Positions 26,273 through 40,400 of a stretch of DNA of 64,000 nt are shown here, piece by piece. The stretch spans positions 110,238,001 to 110,302,000 of the forward strand of contig NC_045697.1 in assembly GCF_009834535.1 (NCBI RefSeq), read 5' to 3'. Positions within the stretch are counted from its first letter, which is position 1. Each line of letters starts with the position of its first letter. The position numbers were made by a program, and so were the translations under genes. Under the pieces are notes generated by a model. The model was not told the DNA's origin and searched no databases. It saw only the letters and a list, made by a program, of their open reading frames with translations. This stretch comes from Camelus ferus (taxonomy: Eukaryota).

Positions 26273-27699
26273 ACACATATTCCTGAAAATGCTCTTTTCA
26301 TTTCCCAGCAAGAGGATAACTGGTGTGAAAGCTGCCTCACTTTTGATCAGACTATGCCTGCCTTTATTTTCAAGGTCAGCTGTAAAAAAAAGTTACGTTT
26401 CTGAGTTAGAGATGATTTATCTTAGTACCTTACTGGCTGTCTGTCCTTAATCACAGATGATACTTACTTCTCAGTTAATAAATCCTGGGTCAAGTTTAAG
26501 ATCCACTGACCCTTCTGAGACACATCTGCAGAATCCTAAGAGGACGACTCTCTCAGGGAGCAAACATCTCTGCCAAACCTCTCTGTCACCAGAACTGAAG
26601 CCTTCTTATGGTCACGTGGATAGCATTGGTTCTGTCTTTTCCATTTGCTAAACTTTAGAGAATGCTTCAGAGTCTGAACTTTTCCCTGGAAGAGTAATTC
26701 TTATTAATGCAAATCTATGCCAAATCTTCACAAAAGGTATAGGGGAAAAAAATACAAGCAGAAGCAGAGACTAGAAACTGCTCACAGCCCAGATTTTGAA
26801 GGTGATGTGCATTTCAGTAGGTGATCTGAACAACGCTGGAGCTTGTAGACTGAAAAAGGCAATCTTGTTCTTATTTTAGTAGTGATACCATTAAGGGCTC
26901 CATTACAAATATCAGATGTCTTATGTCCCATGAGTCTCTGGCAAAAACAACTTGCTATATTTAAAGTACGGCTTTGAGCAAAGAAGGTGGTTAGGACTGC
27001 ACAGAACCGCTAATTAACATGACAGTGAAGCTTCAGGACATGAAACCACAAAGCAGCTCTCTGGTCGGTTGTCAACAGTGTCACACACATGTAAATAATC
27101 CACGGTTTTCAAAGGTCCTTTTCTCTTTTGTGCTTTATGCCCCTGACAATGATTGTCCTGCTCTGGACTGAGATCTCTTCCAAGTCTAACACTGGTGATT
27201 ACAGGACAGTATGATAGCAATCTTGGCACCATTAACTTTTTTCCTAAATCTCACCGTAATAAAAGCATCCTGGACACGAGCTCTGCCATGTTCTTAAAGA
27301 CAAATGAGACTGTTGTTCAGCATGTTAATCCGCCGTGACCTTAACCAAATGGGTAACACCAAAGTTAAACTGGTGTTAACTGATGACCATACACGCATAC
27401 CCCCAATCCTCCAGCTGCTGGTCAGCACCCAGGAATTGTGTTTTGCCAAAGGGAGCTGCCTCTCCCATGGCTACAGCCATGACCCTGCCTCACCAGCAGC
27501 CCCAAGACTCAACTCGGGAGGGAGCTGAAGGGCTTCTCTCCAGCCCAGCGCTCCGCAAAGGGGAGGCTGCATCAATCCCTTCTTCTCAGTCCTGCTTCCC
27601 TCACTCCCGTCCAGGGGGCGTTCTCAGCAGCAAGTCCCCCGCAGTCTTCCTCTGAGCAAGTTTCCATCGCAGTGTCTGCTACCCAGGAGCTGGACCCTC

Positions 27700-27900
27700 T
27701 GCCACGCACCGGCTGAGGAATCTGGCTGAGATACATAGCCCCTCTGCTCCTAAGCTTTCTCATCCACAAGATGGAGATAATAGCAGTGCCTCCCATGCAG
27801 GGTGTTGTGAGAATGAAACAAGTTAATGCATCTAAATCTCTTAGAACAGTGCCTGGTATATAGTAAGTATTCAATCAATGTTTGTTACACGCTATTATTA
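27700..27900 (+). mobile_element. MIR SINE
   Basis: TTTCTCATCCACAAGATGGAGATAATAGCAGTGCCTCCCATGCAGGGTGTTGTGAGAATGAAA...CTTAGAACAGTGCCTGG. Confidence 0.8.
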
Positions 27901-28373
27901 TGAGCATGTTTTCTTCTGTAGGAAGAACATTCATCAAGGAATGAATTCGTTTTCCTATTAATATTGTATTTTTTTCCTAAGTTATAAATCAGTAGAACGA
28001 TGAGGTTAAATGCAATAAGTTACATTATTTCTAATGTTCCAATTATATAAAAATGAATGTGCTAATACTTTTTAATGTGCATGAAACTTCAGAGTCACTT
28101 TTATTCCGATTTTTAAAACAGCATAAAGTAATGTACCAAATACACATGACATATCAACCAGATATTAAAATGTTAATATGTTGCCATGCTTCTTTAAGAT
28201 TTGTTAAAATAAATAAAAGATTAAAGACAGGCTTTTATCCTCATTATATTCCTAGTTGACTCCATTATCTAATTGTTCTAATTCTCTCACTAGACGGCAA
28301 TGGTTATTTTTGCTGCCCATGGTTTTAAAGAGTTATTATAGTTCCGTATCTGTAAACAGCTTTTAAATGAACG

Positions 28374-29226
28374 TTTTTTTTATTGAAGTGTAGTCAGTTT
28401 ACCATGTTGTGTTAATTTCTGGCGTAAAGCACAGTGATTCAGTTCTACATTTATATGTACATATATATTCCCTTTCATATTCTCTTTCACTATAGGTTAT
28501 TACAAGATATTGAATATAGTTCTCTGTGCTGTACAGAAGAAACTTTTGTTTATCTATTTTATATATAGTAGTTAACATCTGCAAATCCCGGACTCCCAAT
28601 TTATCCCTCCACCTCCCCTTCTTCCTTGGTAACCATAAGTTTGTTTTCTATGTCTGTGAGTCTGTTTCTGTTTTGTAAAAAGTTCATTTGTGTCATTTTT
28701 TCAGATTCCACATATAAGTGATAAAATATGATGTTTGTCTTTCTCTTTCTGGCTTACTTCATTTATGATGACAATCTCTGGGTCCATCCATGTTGCTGCA
28801 AATGGCATTATTTCATTCTTTTTTATAGCTGAGTAGTATTCCATTGTATAACTATACCACAACTTCTTTATCCAGTCATCTGTTGATGGACATTTAGGTT
28901 GCCTCCATGTCTTAGCTATTGTAAATAGTGCTGCTGTGAACACTGGAGTGCATATGTTGTTTCAAGTTAGTTTTCTCTGGATATATGCCCAGGAGTAGGA
29001 CTGCTAGATCATATGGTAAGTCTAATTTTCATTTTTTTGCAGCATCTCCATACTGTTCTCCATAGTGGCTTCACCAAACTACATTCCCACCAACAGTGTA
29101 GGAGGGCTCCCTTTTCTCCACAGCCTCTCCAGCGTTTATCATTTGTGCACTTTTGAATGATGGCCATTCTGACAGGTGTAAGGTGATACCTCATTGTAGT
29201 TTTGATCTGCATTTCTCTGATAATTA
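28374..29226 (-). mobile_element. Young L1, 5'-truncated (sense to DCHS2)
   Basis: ORFs [23 protein letters not shown] and [27 protein letters not shown], with poly-T at the left end. Confidence 0.93.
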
Positions 29227-31045
29227 ATATACTAATACTTTTTAAAATCACTATCACATCATCACAATTTCCAGGTTAGTTATTTTTCAGCAAAAGTATG
29301 AAATTGTTTTTATATCCCTGATAAATATCAAAGGAATGAATGTACCTAACACTTTCCGTAAACTCGTATATTCTAAGTTTAACACATCAAACTCAACAAA
29401 ATCAAAAAAGAGAAAAACTGCAATTTAAACTGAAGCCTTGACATTTCAGAGTAGCTCTGGACCTCATATACCAAATGCCTGACACTACAGAGTTCTGACC
29501 ATCAAAGCTATAAATTAACCCTTGGAGAGCAATATAAAGTTAAGGATCGATTCATATAATCGATCAGCTGAAATCTTAAAGAAAAAACTAGCCACACTTT
29601 TCTGCATTTTATGCAGCCATATCTTCATTTTTTTCAGGATTAGGATGTATCATGTATGGCCATGCCCAATCTCATTATTTATTAGGACAAGATGGGTAAC
29701 TCAGCATTAATAAGGAAAATTAATCCTACAAACAGAGGACTCGAATTCTATTTCCCTTTTTGTAGTGAATACTTCCTTCAGTCCTCTGTGAAGAAATCTC
29801 ACCCAGTTCAGCAAGAACCAGTCTTAAGAATAATGTCTGGCTGAGCTTCTGTCTCCACTTATAAGAAATAGTCACAACTTTTTAAGTGATTACTATGTGC
29901 TAGTGTTTAAAATATATTACCTTTGATGCTCAAACTAACGCTTCGAAGTATCTATTATTATCCCATTTTCTAGATGACGAAAATGAGGTTCAAAGAATAC
30001 AGTTTACAACGTGCAGAGCCAGACAGACTCCAGTCTATCTATGATCTTTCTACTTGCTGTCTCCCGCTGAGCACATAACTATTAATAAGTCAGCTCATAT
30101 TCTGTTTAAAAGGATTGGAAAAGTGCTTTACAATATTGGCATTCCTCCAAAAAAAAAAGAGGAAATATACTCAATGTAATTGTTCTCCTTTTTAAGTTTT
30201 GAACTGTTTTGTTTGAATTATTATTCAAGGCAGAGAACAGACAGAATAAACTAAAAAGTGAAAATACTGCTATATTCTCAGATCAGCTACTCAATTTCTT
30301 TGGATAACAATGAGAGATATAAATGCCTTCAAAGACAAGTTAAAGGACTCAATGGCCGATGGGCAACTTGAGACGTTTCAGCAACCAAAAGACTTCAGAA
30401 ATATCTCTGCTAATATGCAAAATTCATAGCTTTACATTCTGATAAAGTCTAAAAAGAGGCACTGACAGAGAGCATGTCTTTTACATGAAATGAGAACTGC
30501 CTGGCACTAAATTGCAGCATAAAAAGGATATTAACTGCCTTCCCATATTATAATGTTGATAGTAGGTGTTCCAATGGCAGCCCCGCTTTTCAGAAAGCAG
30601 TAAGAATGCTGTAGGAGACGCTCAAGTCCTGAGACAGTCAACACTCATTTAAGTGAGTACAATGCAGGTCATTCCATTTTATCATTGGACAAATCTCTCT
30701 GTTTTTATATACTATGCATTCTAGTAAGCACTTGTCAGCAAGCAAGACAGATCAAGCCTCCGCCGTCATCTCTGGAACCTATGATGAGCAGGGAAGCAGA
30801 TGCTACACAGGTTAGCTGCACGAGGCATGCTACAAAAGAGGTGGATTGCATAACACGTACCATCTATGCGTGTTTGTAAGATAGGACTTAATTAACAGCG
30901 GTGAAGTGGGAAGATTAGATGGTCAAGGAAGTCTTTCTAAGGATGTAATATTTTCCAAAAACAAGCAAAAGGAGCTGGAGGAAGGAGAACCCATGGTAGA
31001 AATGACAAGAACAGCACATTCCAAGCAAAGGGAAGAAGCAGCGTC

Positions 31046-31540
31046 TTACTAGTCAGCCCTGGCTGCCGCAGGAAAGTCCACAGACTGGCAGGCTTGAAAA
31101 ACAGAAATTTACTTTCACGGTTCTGGAGGCTGGAAGTCCAAGATGAGGGTGCAGCATGGCTGGATTCTGGGGAGAGGCTTCTTCCTGGCTTGCAGAGGGC
31201 CAGCCTCTTACTGCTTCCTCACATGGTAGAGAGAGCAAGTTCTGATCTCTTGTTTTTATAAAGATACTAATCTCGTCACAGGGGCCCCACCCTCACAACC
31301 TCATCTAAACCAAGACCTCCCAAAGGCCACACTTCCAAATACCATTGGGGGTGGGGGTATAGCTCAGCTGGAGAGTATGCTGAGTATTCACAAGGTACTT
31401 GGTTTGATTCCCAGTACCTCCATTTGAACAATAAAAAAAAAAAAAAAAAAAGAGAGAAAGAGAAACCAAATACCATCACCTGGGGCGTCAGAGCTTCTGC
31501 ATATGGATCTTGGGGACACAAACATTCAGCACATAATACA
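31046..31540 (-). mobile_element. MaLR LTR (MLT1A-like) interrupted by a SINE
   Basis: CAGAAATTTACTTTCACGGTTCTGGAGGCTGGAAGTCCAAGATGAGG...GGGGACACAAACATTCAG. Confidence 0.8.
31346..31465 (+). mobile_element. Camelid SINE nested in MLT1A
   Basis: TSD CCAAATACCAT at 31335-31345 and 31466-31476. Confidence 0.88.
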
Positions 31541-32619
31541 GAGCAAACGCCTGAGGTGAAAAAGAGCATGGTGCCTTAGTGAAGTATGAAGGGCTTGGGG
31601 AGATTCCTCAGAATAAGGATAGAAAGGCAGGCGGAATGGACTAGGCAAGGACTTTGAACCCGATCTAACAACTGCAAGGTCACTGAAGCCTTAGGCATGA
31701 GTCACATAATCAGGTCTGAGTTACAAATGCTTTTGAAAGAAACTATTCACCAAAGGAAATGTTAGGTTCTACCTGATTTGTGATGAGAGAATGAGGCACT
31801 TAGTAAAAGATAATTATGAGGTATTTGGGCTCTAAAGCCTTGACTTACAAAAAAAAAAGCAGCAAAATTAATTTCTGCTTAGACAAAGGTTTCTTTGGCG
31901 TATTAAAACACAGCATTAATACTTGTTAACAGTACTAGCTGGTTCTGCACATTTGGACAAGGGCTTGATAAGGACTGATTTTCCTCAAATGGGTCATCGT
32001 GAATTCCTTTTCCTGCATGTCTCAGCCTAAATGCACACATGGTGGGAAACATTATTGGCAAATTCACGGAGTTGATTACTATTTTCCCTTTTTTTGTGAA
32101 GGATTATCATTTGTTCAATTAAAATTCTAGAATTATAAATACATAAAATTATTTATTGAGCATGGGGGAAACTAACACACAAAAATTGCTAATTTTCATT
32201 ACTATTTAACATGAATTGATCCATGAAACACTGAATCAGTAAACTTTTATAGCTGTACACATTAGCTTCCATTCAATCATAATCTAGCATATTATAAATG
32301 GAGTGAAATTCTACAGGCTTTATATTCAAAGGACTCAGTAATATTAAGTCTTAATCATCTAAATCTCATTGAAATTCACAGAAATTTGAATTTAAGGAAA
32401 AAGCAGAAGTTTTGAGTATACTCTTTCAAAAACTTATCGTCTTGCATGTAACAACTATAAATTCTGAATAAAACAACAACAGTAAAGAATCTGAAGTCTC
32501 TTGGAATGAAATAAAAGCAGCAAGATTTTCACAAGGGGTCAAAAAATTGGAAGAATGGACTGATGTAGAGTGGGTTTTCCATTTTTTTAGTTTAACTTAC
32601 TCTACTTATTTTTAGATTG

Positions 32620-33620
32620 TTACCCAAGGACAGGTGTCAGATAAGGCGTCATTCAGGGAGGCTAAAGCACCAATGAAGGCATGCAGTCCCCCTAGAATAA
32701 AGACCCTTAAGATGGAGGTCAGGGCAACCACAGCCCCTAGAAAGTGGGACGGAAATCTCCGGTAGGAGAAAGCCTTCCAGGCAAGTGCCGAATTCTGCAT
32801 GAGCCCTACCCTTTCTCTGACTTACCCGTGACCTACACATGTGTGGGGAATATTGCAAAAACCCAGTTAAGAAAACTGAACTGAGATTTGCACTGGTGCT
32901 CAAAAATCAGAGGCTTCAGTTTGAGTACAACCAAGTTAATTGCCTGCTAAAACAAAAATAGCAACACTATTCAGAAGAACATAACAAAATCCAGAGTCTC
33001 ACAGCATAATATATGCAATGTCCAGAATACAGCGCAAAATTATTTGACGTATGAATAACTAGGGAAATGTGACCTATTTTCAAGAGAAAAAAAAACAACA
33101 ACAACAAAGAGGCAAACCCCAGGATGATTTGGATGTTAAAATTCACAAAGACTTTATAGCTACAAGAGATAAAGGAAGACACTCTTGTAATGAATGAAAA
33201 GATAGACGACTTCAGCAGAGAAACAGAAGCTATAAAATAAAACAAAATGGAAATTCTACAAATGAAAAATACAACATCTGAAATTTTTTAAAAAACTGTT
33301 GGATGTGCTTAACAGCAGACTAGAGAGGAGAAATAAAACAGTGAATTTGAAAATAAAGCAAAAGAAACTATCTGATCTGAAAAACAAGAAAATTATTGAA
33401 AAGAAAAATGAACAGAGCCTCAAGACCTCAGATCAAAGAGTCTAAAATACGTGCATTTGAAATCTCAGAAACAGAGAAAATAAGGAATGAGGTAGAAAAA
33501 AAATAATCTTTAAAAGTAAAGAAAAAGTAACTTCTAGAAAAATTCCTCTTTATACATGGGACAAGCTTATCTTTCTCCTTTAAAAAGAAAAAGAAAAAGT
33601 TATCTTTACAAATGACAGAC
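32620..33620 (+). mobile_element. Old L1 5'/ORF1-region fragment
   Basis: A-rich ORF1-like sequence (CTTCAGCAGAGAAACAGAAGCTATAAAA...AAATGGAAATTCTA...AATGAACAGAGCCTCAAGACCT). Confidence 0.65.
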
Positions 33621-34899
33621 AAAAGTAGTAACTGTACTTCATATGTTAAAGTGCATTTAGAGAAATAACAGCAAAGTAGCCTTAAGATGTTATGAATTTA
33701 GATAAGAGCACAACTGTATTTCTCAGTGTATATGGCAAAACAGAATACTACCATATTCCCTCAAAATCATCTTTCTTTCAAAATATACTCAGATTCAAAA
33801 CTCAAGGTCAACTTGTTAAATTCATTTTGTGCTATTAGAAGTATGCTGTAATACACACAGAATCTATATTTTTAATGCAAGTAATCAAATCACCTAGCGT
33901 ATGTTAATTAATTTGTAAATGTCAAACATTGGTTAATAAATTGCCCTTCCTGTCACCTCTCTTCTTTATGCTGGACACTGAGAGATGATGGAAGTGGAAC
34001 AGACATAAGCATGACAATTAGATGCTACACAAGAAAAATACCGCATAAAAGTTCTTGTTAGATGAGTCCAGGAAATAAAGTATCCGCCAGCACTGAAATA
34101 CTGTGTTCTTGTTTATGCATAATGTAACAGAGCAGCCTTTGTATTATTTTTAACAGTTCAGCACTTAAAATAATCTATACTTCAAAGGAAAGTAAACAGT
34201 GCATAAGCTTCGATGGTTTTTTTACCTCATGACTGGGTTCTTTTATGATAGTTCTTAAGAACTAGACAGTTCAATCTCTATGTAAACAATAACTTCCTCT
34301 GTGTTTCCAAATGCAGAAATCAAGAGAAGTGTACAACATGAGAAGTTTCTAACTAGACAACGGTTGGAAATCAAATAGTATTCATGTCTATTTATGGTAA
34401 GGCTAGAAATAATATTCAATCTCTTGAGAACATACCCACAGCATTGGCTATTTCTACACAGTTAATTTAAATGAAGAACAAAAGGACTTAGAATAATCTG
34501 AATAAAAGGGCTTTTAAAGATAGAGGACAGTCTCTTGTATCTGAACAGAAATTTTGAGTTAACTGCCAATAATCAAACTCCAATGAGATGAGAAATTGCC
34601 TCAAGTTCTGTTTTGTTCTTTCCTCTGCGCTATCCTTGTGAACACAAGCTACACCACAAGTCTTCCTTGATTTTTGCCACATACATTCCTTAGAAGCATC
34701 CAGTGGATGGTAATTTCTTGTCTGAAGATTTAGTATGAATTAAATCAACAGTATCATCAAAAAAAATCAACAATTAAAAATTACTACCATCCTTTAGGAT
34801 AGAAAATATAGGTTCTAATTTCTATAAAGTGAGCATAAACAAATAACTTATTGATTACATAAAGGATATCAATATATCAAGTGTACACACAACATATAG

Positions 34900-35048
34900 A
34901 AATTAAACTGAAAAAAAATGTTTTCCTTAATATTCTAATTATAATACTACACTGCGCCATTTTATATGACAAGCTTAAGCACCCAAGGATTTTTGTATTT
35001 GCAGATGGTCCTGGAACCAATACTCCATGGATACCAAGGGATGACTGA
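34900..35048. mobile_element. Tigger/MER2-like DNA transposon end
   Basis: GCCATTTTATATGAC...GGTCCTGGAACCAATACTCCATGGATACCAAGGGATGACTG. Confidence 0.7.
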
Positions 35049-35904
35049 ATTTAAACTCTAAGTTTCCTATTTTGTTATGCAAAAGAACTTCTAAGGAATG
35101 ATCTGTTTTGTTCAGCTTTCTTACAGGAGAAATAAATAAATTTTAATTGATGTCTTCTTTCTTCTGTCACTATACCTGTTTTCTGTCATGATTCTGAATA
35201 AATGAAATTATTCAAAACCACTCAATGACTTTATTTTACAATTAAAGTAGTGTGTCAAGAAGTGTTTGTTAAAGGGTACTGTGAATGACATTGTTCCTCT
35301 TGACTCTAGTTAAAGGAAAATTGAAAGCATCTCTTTCTTCCCTTTGCCCAATTCCTACTACTGAATGAGAATAAGTTTCAGGATAATTAATAAGAAAAGG
35401 AAGACACAAGTCAGCTACCTCCTATGGCATCAATGTTTTCCTCTTTCACTAGGATAATTACAACTCAAAGGACAAGCACAGAAGACAAAGCCTGGTGGTG
35501 CCTTTTCCTTAGGAAATACCCTTGACGTTGGAAGGCCAGATACATGCCCAAGAGCATGGGCACCATGGGACTGGCAAATATGACCAGAGATGAACTGTGG
35601 AAGCATGTCAGGGAATAGGCTACTCTAATCTTTACTTTAAACCAAGAAGGGCAAGGAATCCTCAAAGCCCAGAAGGCCCCTGGGACCGTCTGTGATAAGA
35701 AGCAGACTAAATCTGGGACTGAAGTTCTCCACAGCACTTAAGACAGTGAGCTTTCCTAGGGGGTCACTGGAGGTGCAAGATCATCTCTCTATCCATGTAA
35801 CACGACTAGTCATTGAGGTTTTTAAAACAAGAGACTGACATTTCTTTCTTTCGCTCTCACTTAGCTCCTCAGTTTAATCAAAACTCAAGTGAGGCGACGC
35901 ATTG

Positions 35905-36150
35905 TGATAAACTTTCCTGGGAGCTGACCACGCGTCAGTCACTGCTCTGTGCCCTGGGTACACAGCATCTCATTTAATCTTCACACTAGCCCTGTGAGGT
36001 TGATCCTATTATCATTCCTTTTTTATGGTCGAGAAAGCTGAGGCTTACAAAGGTTTTGGAACATGCGCCAGGCCCGGTTACTAAGTGACAGAGCTGAAAT
36101 GTAAACCCTGTTCTGTCTTGCTTCACAGCACAAGCTTTTATCCATTAGAT
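35905..36150 (-). mobile_element. MIR SINE
   Basis: ATCTCATTTAATCTTCACAC...ATTATCATTCC...GAGAAAGCTGAGGCTT. Confidence 0.7.
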
Positions 36151-37188
36151 CATTCTTCCTCTGTCCAAGTCAAGGACACTTGGACAGAATGAGCACCAGT
36201 CAACCTCGTCCCTCGTCTCAAAGAGCTTCCACGCACTTCATCAGAGGGCAATCCGAGATCTGCCTTTTTACGGGAAAATGGTAAACCCTGACACAAAGTT
36301 AACAGCGTGGGCTTTTTAAAAGGAAATTCAAGGCAGAATTGCTAATAGAGAAAGACGCCAGCGCCTTAATGCATACACAGAGCAGGGGTAGTATGGCCAA
36401 AGCCAGAGATTAAAAAAGTAAAAGTAGCAAGATTAAACAATAATCAAAATTAAGACATTTTTGTCTGTTCAACACAATATCCCATCTTAACTGAGTCAAC
36501 GCTTTTTTTCTCATATGAAAGATACTAGTTAATAGCTTCCATCAACTACAGGATATAATATTAAGAAGTGAGCAATAATAAATTCTACATGTCCTCTCTT
36601 AGCCTGAAGCGGCTACATTTTCTTCACAACTTCCTGACAGTGACAGATGCTAACGAAGGCCACTTTTGCTCAAGAGGTCCTTAGTCCAGCATCAAGGGAT
36701 ACCAGACACTGACCAACAGCAAAGATTTCCAGAGCCCTTCTTCAAGTGGGAAAGGGCTCTTAACATACGGCCAGGCCTGGGCAGACATGGGCCAACAGGC
36801 AGCAGATTCAATCATCCCAGGGCACTGAAGAAGGAAGTTGAGCAAACAGGGGCAAGATAGCCCCAGCCTTCATTTGGAAATACTGCAAACAGTGGGAGGG
36901 GCATATTACCTGCTAAAGAGAAGAGAAAAGTACCGAGGCAGGGGTAAAAGATCGAAGAGAAAGAGGATAATTGAGAAGCCACGTCAGAAAAGATGGGAGG
37001 GGTGAAACGTACACTGTGGATGAATAAGCTCGGTTTGCACAGGGAAGACTCACTCAGTCCTTGAGGACTGCGTGGCACACATGATACAGAAAAGTCCGAT
37101 GGTGGGGGCAAGTTTTCCCCTCTGACTGAGGCATGATTACCTGCAAAGAGTAAAGGGATCAGAACATGATGCTTAAAGAGAGTTAAGG

Positions 37189-37830
37189 TGAGACAGGAAG
37201 GAAGGGGACAGGGCACAACCATTCAAAGAATGACATAGTAATTAACACCAAGATAGTGGAAGATTCAACTCCCAGTAGACACTGAGGACCAAGACGGCAG
37301 ATTTGATCTCCACTAGACCTTGAGCTTCACTATACACTCATTGTTATATATTAACATGGAAAATGACATTCCACAGGCGCCTTGACAGTTCTGAGGCTGA
37401 CCATAAAAAGTCAAAAAGTGGGTGGTGGCCTAATTCCTGGGACTCGCCACCCCCTCCCCCAAAGTAGCTGGAATAACCCTCCCACTTGTCAGCATGACAC
37501 TGTGGAGCCCATAAAAACTAACAGCCCCATGCCTCGTGGCCGCTCTCCCTTCTGAGTGAGGTGGACCACACTGTCCACGGAGTGTGCTTTAACTTTAAAC
37601 TGAGCACCCAACTCCCACACCTCGTGGCCTTCCTCTTGCCTTCTGAGACAGTCTGCACTCTCTCTGGAGTAGGTATCTCTGAATAAATCTACCTCTACTC
37701 AACTGTGGCTCACTCTTGAATTCTTTCCGGTGCAAAGCCAAGGACCCATACTTGGCATGGCATGTCCCAAAAACTCAACCGAGACCTGGGACATGGACAG
37801 CCTCTCGCCCCACATTATCTTCCTGTGTCA
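37189..37830 (+). mobile_element. Solo ERV1-type LTR (642 bp)
   Basis: Inverted termini TGAGACAGGAAG...CTTCCTGTGTCA, 4-bp TSD AAGG/AAGT, TATA-like CATAAAAA at about 37510 and AATAAA at 37682. Confidence 0.85.
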
Positions 37831-38839
37831 AAGTCATGGGAGAGATGCTAAGGTGAATACAACAAAATTGCCCAGCAATACTGAGGGTCCAGCTGACGCC
37901 ATCCACTTAGAACAAATCCTCACTTGGAATTCCTTCAGCAGCACTCCGCAGCCCAAGCGTTGGAAGGCGGAGGAGCACAGAAGCGAGACTGATCCACCGT
38001 CAGTAATACATGCCAGGTATGGAAGATCAAGGGTTAATTTGGTTCTTCCAGGAGTCCCAGCTGCACAGAGAAGGAACTAAAGCAAGAAGGGGGCTGATAT
38101 CTAAGAAGGGAAAAGGAAGAAAAGGAGCCGCCCACAAATACAGTTTCAAAAAGTAAATGTAAATCAATCAGATTGAGAAGGCTAATAGGCTCGGAGGCCG
38201 TGACAGAGACTGGGATGCAAGATGAGATTCAAAAGGTGGATCTGTTCCAGATAAATACCAGGTTTTAGAGTACAGCTGTGGGACAGGTTCCTGGAAAGAA
38301 GCAGAATAAAAGATACAAAATCAGGCCAGTGGGGAAAATGTAAGTAAGGCCAGTTTGCCTGAATGGTAAGAGTTTTGGTAGAGGTAAAACGCTAAATGGC
38401 TGTCAGCATCCTCCATGCACATGGCGGAGTGACCAGGAGGTCGGTAAAAAAGAAGTGGGAGGACAGAATAGGAGAGCCAGGTAACATGTGCCTTAATGCC
38501 TGGGGCTGCGGAGAGGGATGGTGACTATTTCAGAAGCAGTTTGCCGGAGCTCAGAAAATGGGGCGAGATGCCAACCATCTTTCGAGATTCTCCAGTCCAT
38601 GGGATTCCAGAAAATAAGAAAACAGCACTCTAACCACAGAGCCCTGCCCTCCAACACCATCCGAGTGGCGTGACCCCTGTCCCAGCCACCATCCTGAGCC
38701 ATTGACTCTTCTCTCATTATCTTCACTTTAACTTCCACTGCTTTAATTATCGCCTCCACATGAATGAGTCCCAAGTTTATATCTTTAACCCTCGGCTCTC
38801 TCCTGCACTGGAGCTCTGGATATCTAAAAAGCTGCAGCA

Positions 38840-39062
38840 GGGGAGGGTCTAGCTCAGTGGTAGAGTACGTGCCTAGCATGCACAAGGTCCTGGGTTCAAC
38901 CCCCGGTACCTCCATTAAAAATAGATAAGTGCTCTACGCAGGAAATTGATACAACATTGTAAACTGACTATAACTCAATAAAATAAAATAAATAAATAAA
39001 CACAAACAAACCTAATTACTTCCCCCTGCCCCCCACTAAAAATAATAAATAAACAAATAAAT
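38840..39062 (+). mobile_element. Camelid SINE with a short L1 3' terminus nested in its A-rich segment; inserted in an L2-like region
   Basis: SINE head at 38840-38915, L1 tail at ~38929-38995 (GGAAATTGATACAACATTGTAAACTGACTATAACTCAATAAA), then the SINE tail ACCTAATTACTTCCCC. TSD AAAAAGCTGCAGCA / AAAAAGTTGCAAGA. Confidence 0.8.
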
Positions 39063-39399
39063 AAAAAGTTGCAAGATCTCTTTTCCTGGACTACTGGCCA
39101 TTCATTCATACTCAACATATCAAACCCTCAACTAAGTGAGCATCTTTCTTCCCCAAAATTTCACTTCTAGCTTTTCCTATTCCCCCTACTAACCCAGGCT
39201 GAAAATACAGCGTCATCTTTTACTCATTCCACCCCTTCTCCCCTCATAACTTATTCAAGGGTGTAGCAATTCTCCCTTTATAGACCTCCCAGGCCAACCT
39301 TCCTACTACTGTGCTCTAGTACCATTCCCCCAGTGCAGGCAAAAGCAGCAAGACTGAACAACAAACAAGTGTAAGACATTTTCGTCTGTTCAATACAAA

Positions 39400-39685
39400 C
39401 TCCTGCCTCTTGTGGCAACGTGGATGGACCTGGAGGGTATTGTGCTAAGCGAACTAAGTGAGACAGAGAAAGACAAGTACCATGTGATTTCACTGATATG
39501 TGTAATCTAAAAAAACAAAGCAAACAAGCAAACAAATACAGTCGACAATATTGTAATCAGTTTGCATGGTGATGGATGGTAACTGCATCCATCATTTCAT
39601 AATATATAAAAATATCAAATCACTACGTTGATCTCCTGAAACTCATTTTATGTTATATGTTACTTATAACTCAATACCAAAAAAG
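39400..39685 (+). mobile_element. Older L1MA-type 3' end
   Basis: GGCAACGTGGATGGACCTGGAGGGTATTGTGCTAAGCGAACTAAGTGAGACAGAGAAAGACAAGTACC. Confidence 0.75.
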
Positions 39686-40179
39686 ACACTGAGTGACTCT
39701 GGACCAGAATCACGCTCTGCACAACGGAGAGCGGTCAGGTGCTGGCACTGAGTCTAAGTACGATGCTTAGCGCCCTGCGGGGAACCCCTTTAGGACTCAT
39801 ACAGCTTACATCACGGGGCCTAGCCTCTCTAAGACCTTCATGGTGTTTTGTTTTGTTCTGTTTTGTTTTGTTTTTTGGCGGAGGAAAGGATTGCTACTGA
39901 ACCTTCCTTTAGACAAGCGGGATTCTATCAGCCCATAAGGAGATGTTACAAGCTTCCAATGTAAGCAAAACAGATTTCTGCCTTCATTGTCAGAAACACA
40001 CATCTCACTGAAAACCAAACACACAATTTAAAGTTTTTTGCTTCTTCTTTTAGTGCAAGAGAATTTTATTTGAAACGCCACTTTTAATTCATCCTCAGCC
40101 TTTATTGTATCAGGCAAAATCGTCTTCTTCACCATTTCTAGAAGTCATATTTACTAACATTTCATAATACGTAACATGC

Positions 40180-40400
40180 ACTGGGCACTTACTGTAAGTC
40201 AAGCGTTGTTTTAAGCATATATGTAGCAATTCATTACACACACTAAAACTTTATCAAGCTGACACCATTGTTATCCATATTTTCCAGATGAGGAAACTGA
40301 GGCACGGGGCCCAAGATTACATAGTTAGTGAGAAATAGTAGACCTGAGATTCAAACCCAGGCACAATGACCCCATGGTCTGGCTGTACATTTCATCACTG
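40180..40400 (-). mobile_element. MIR SINE
   Basis: TTTTCCAGATGAGGAAACTGAGGCAC...GAGATTCAAACCCAGGCA. Confidence 0.75.

Noticed and set aside
15536..39420. Weaker CTCF-like strings at ~15540, ~16975, ~17885 and ~39405
   Set aside because: Each needs a gap or mismatches in core positions.
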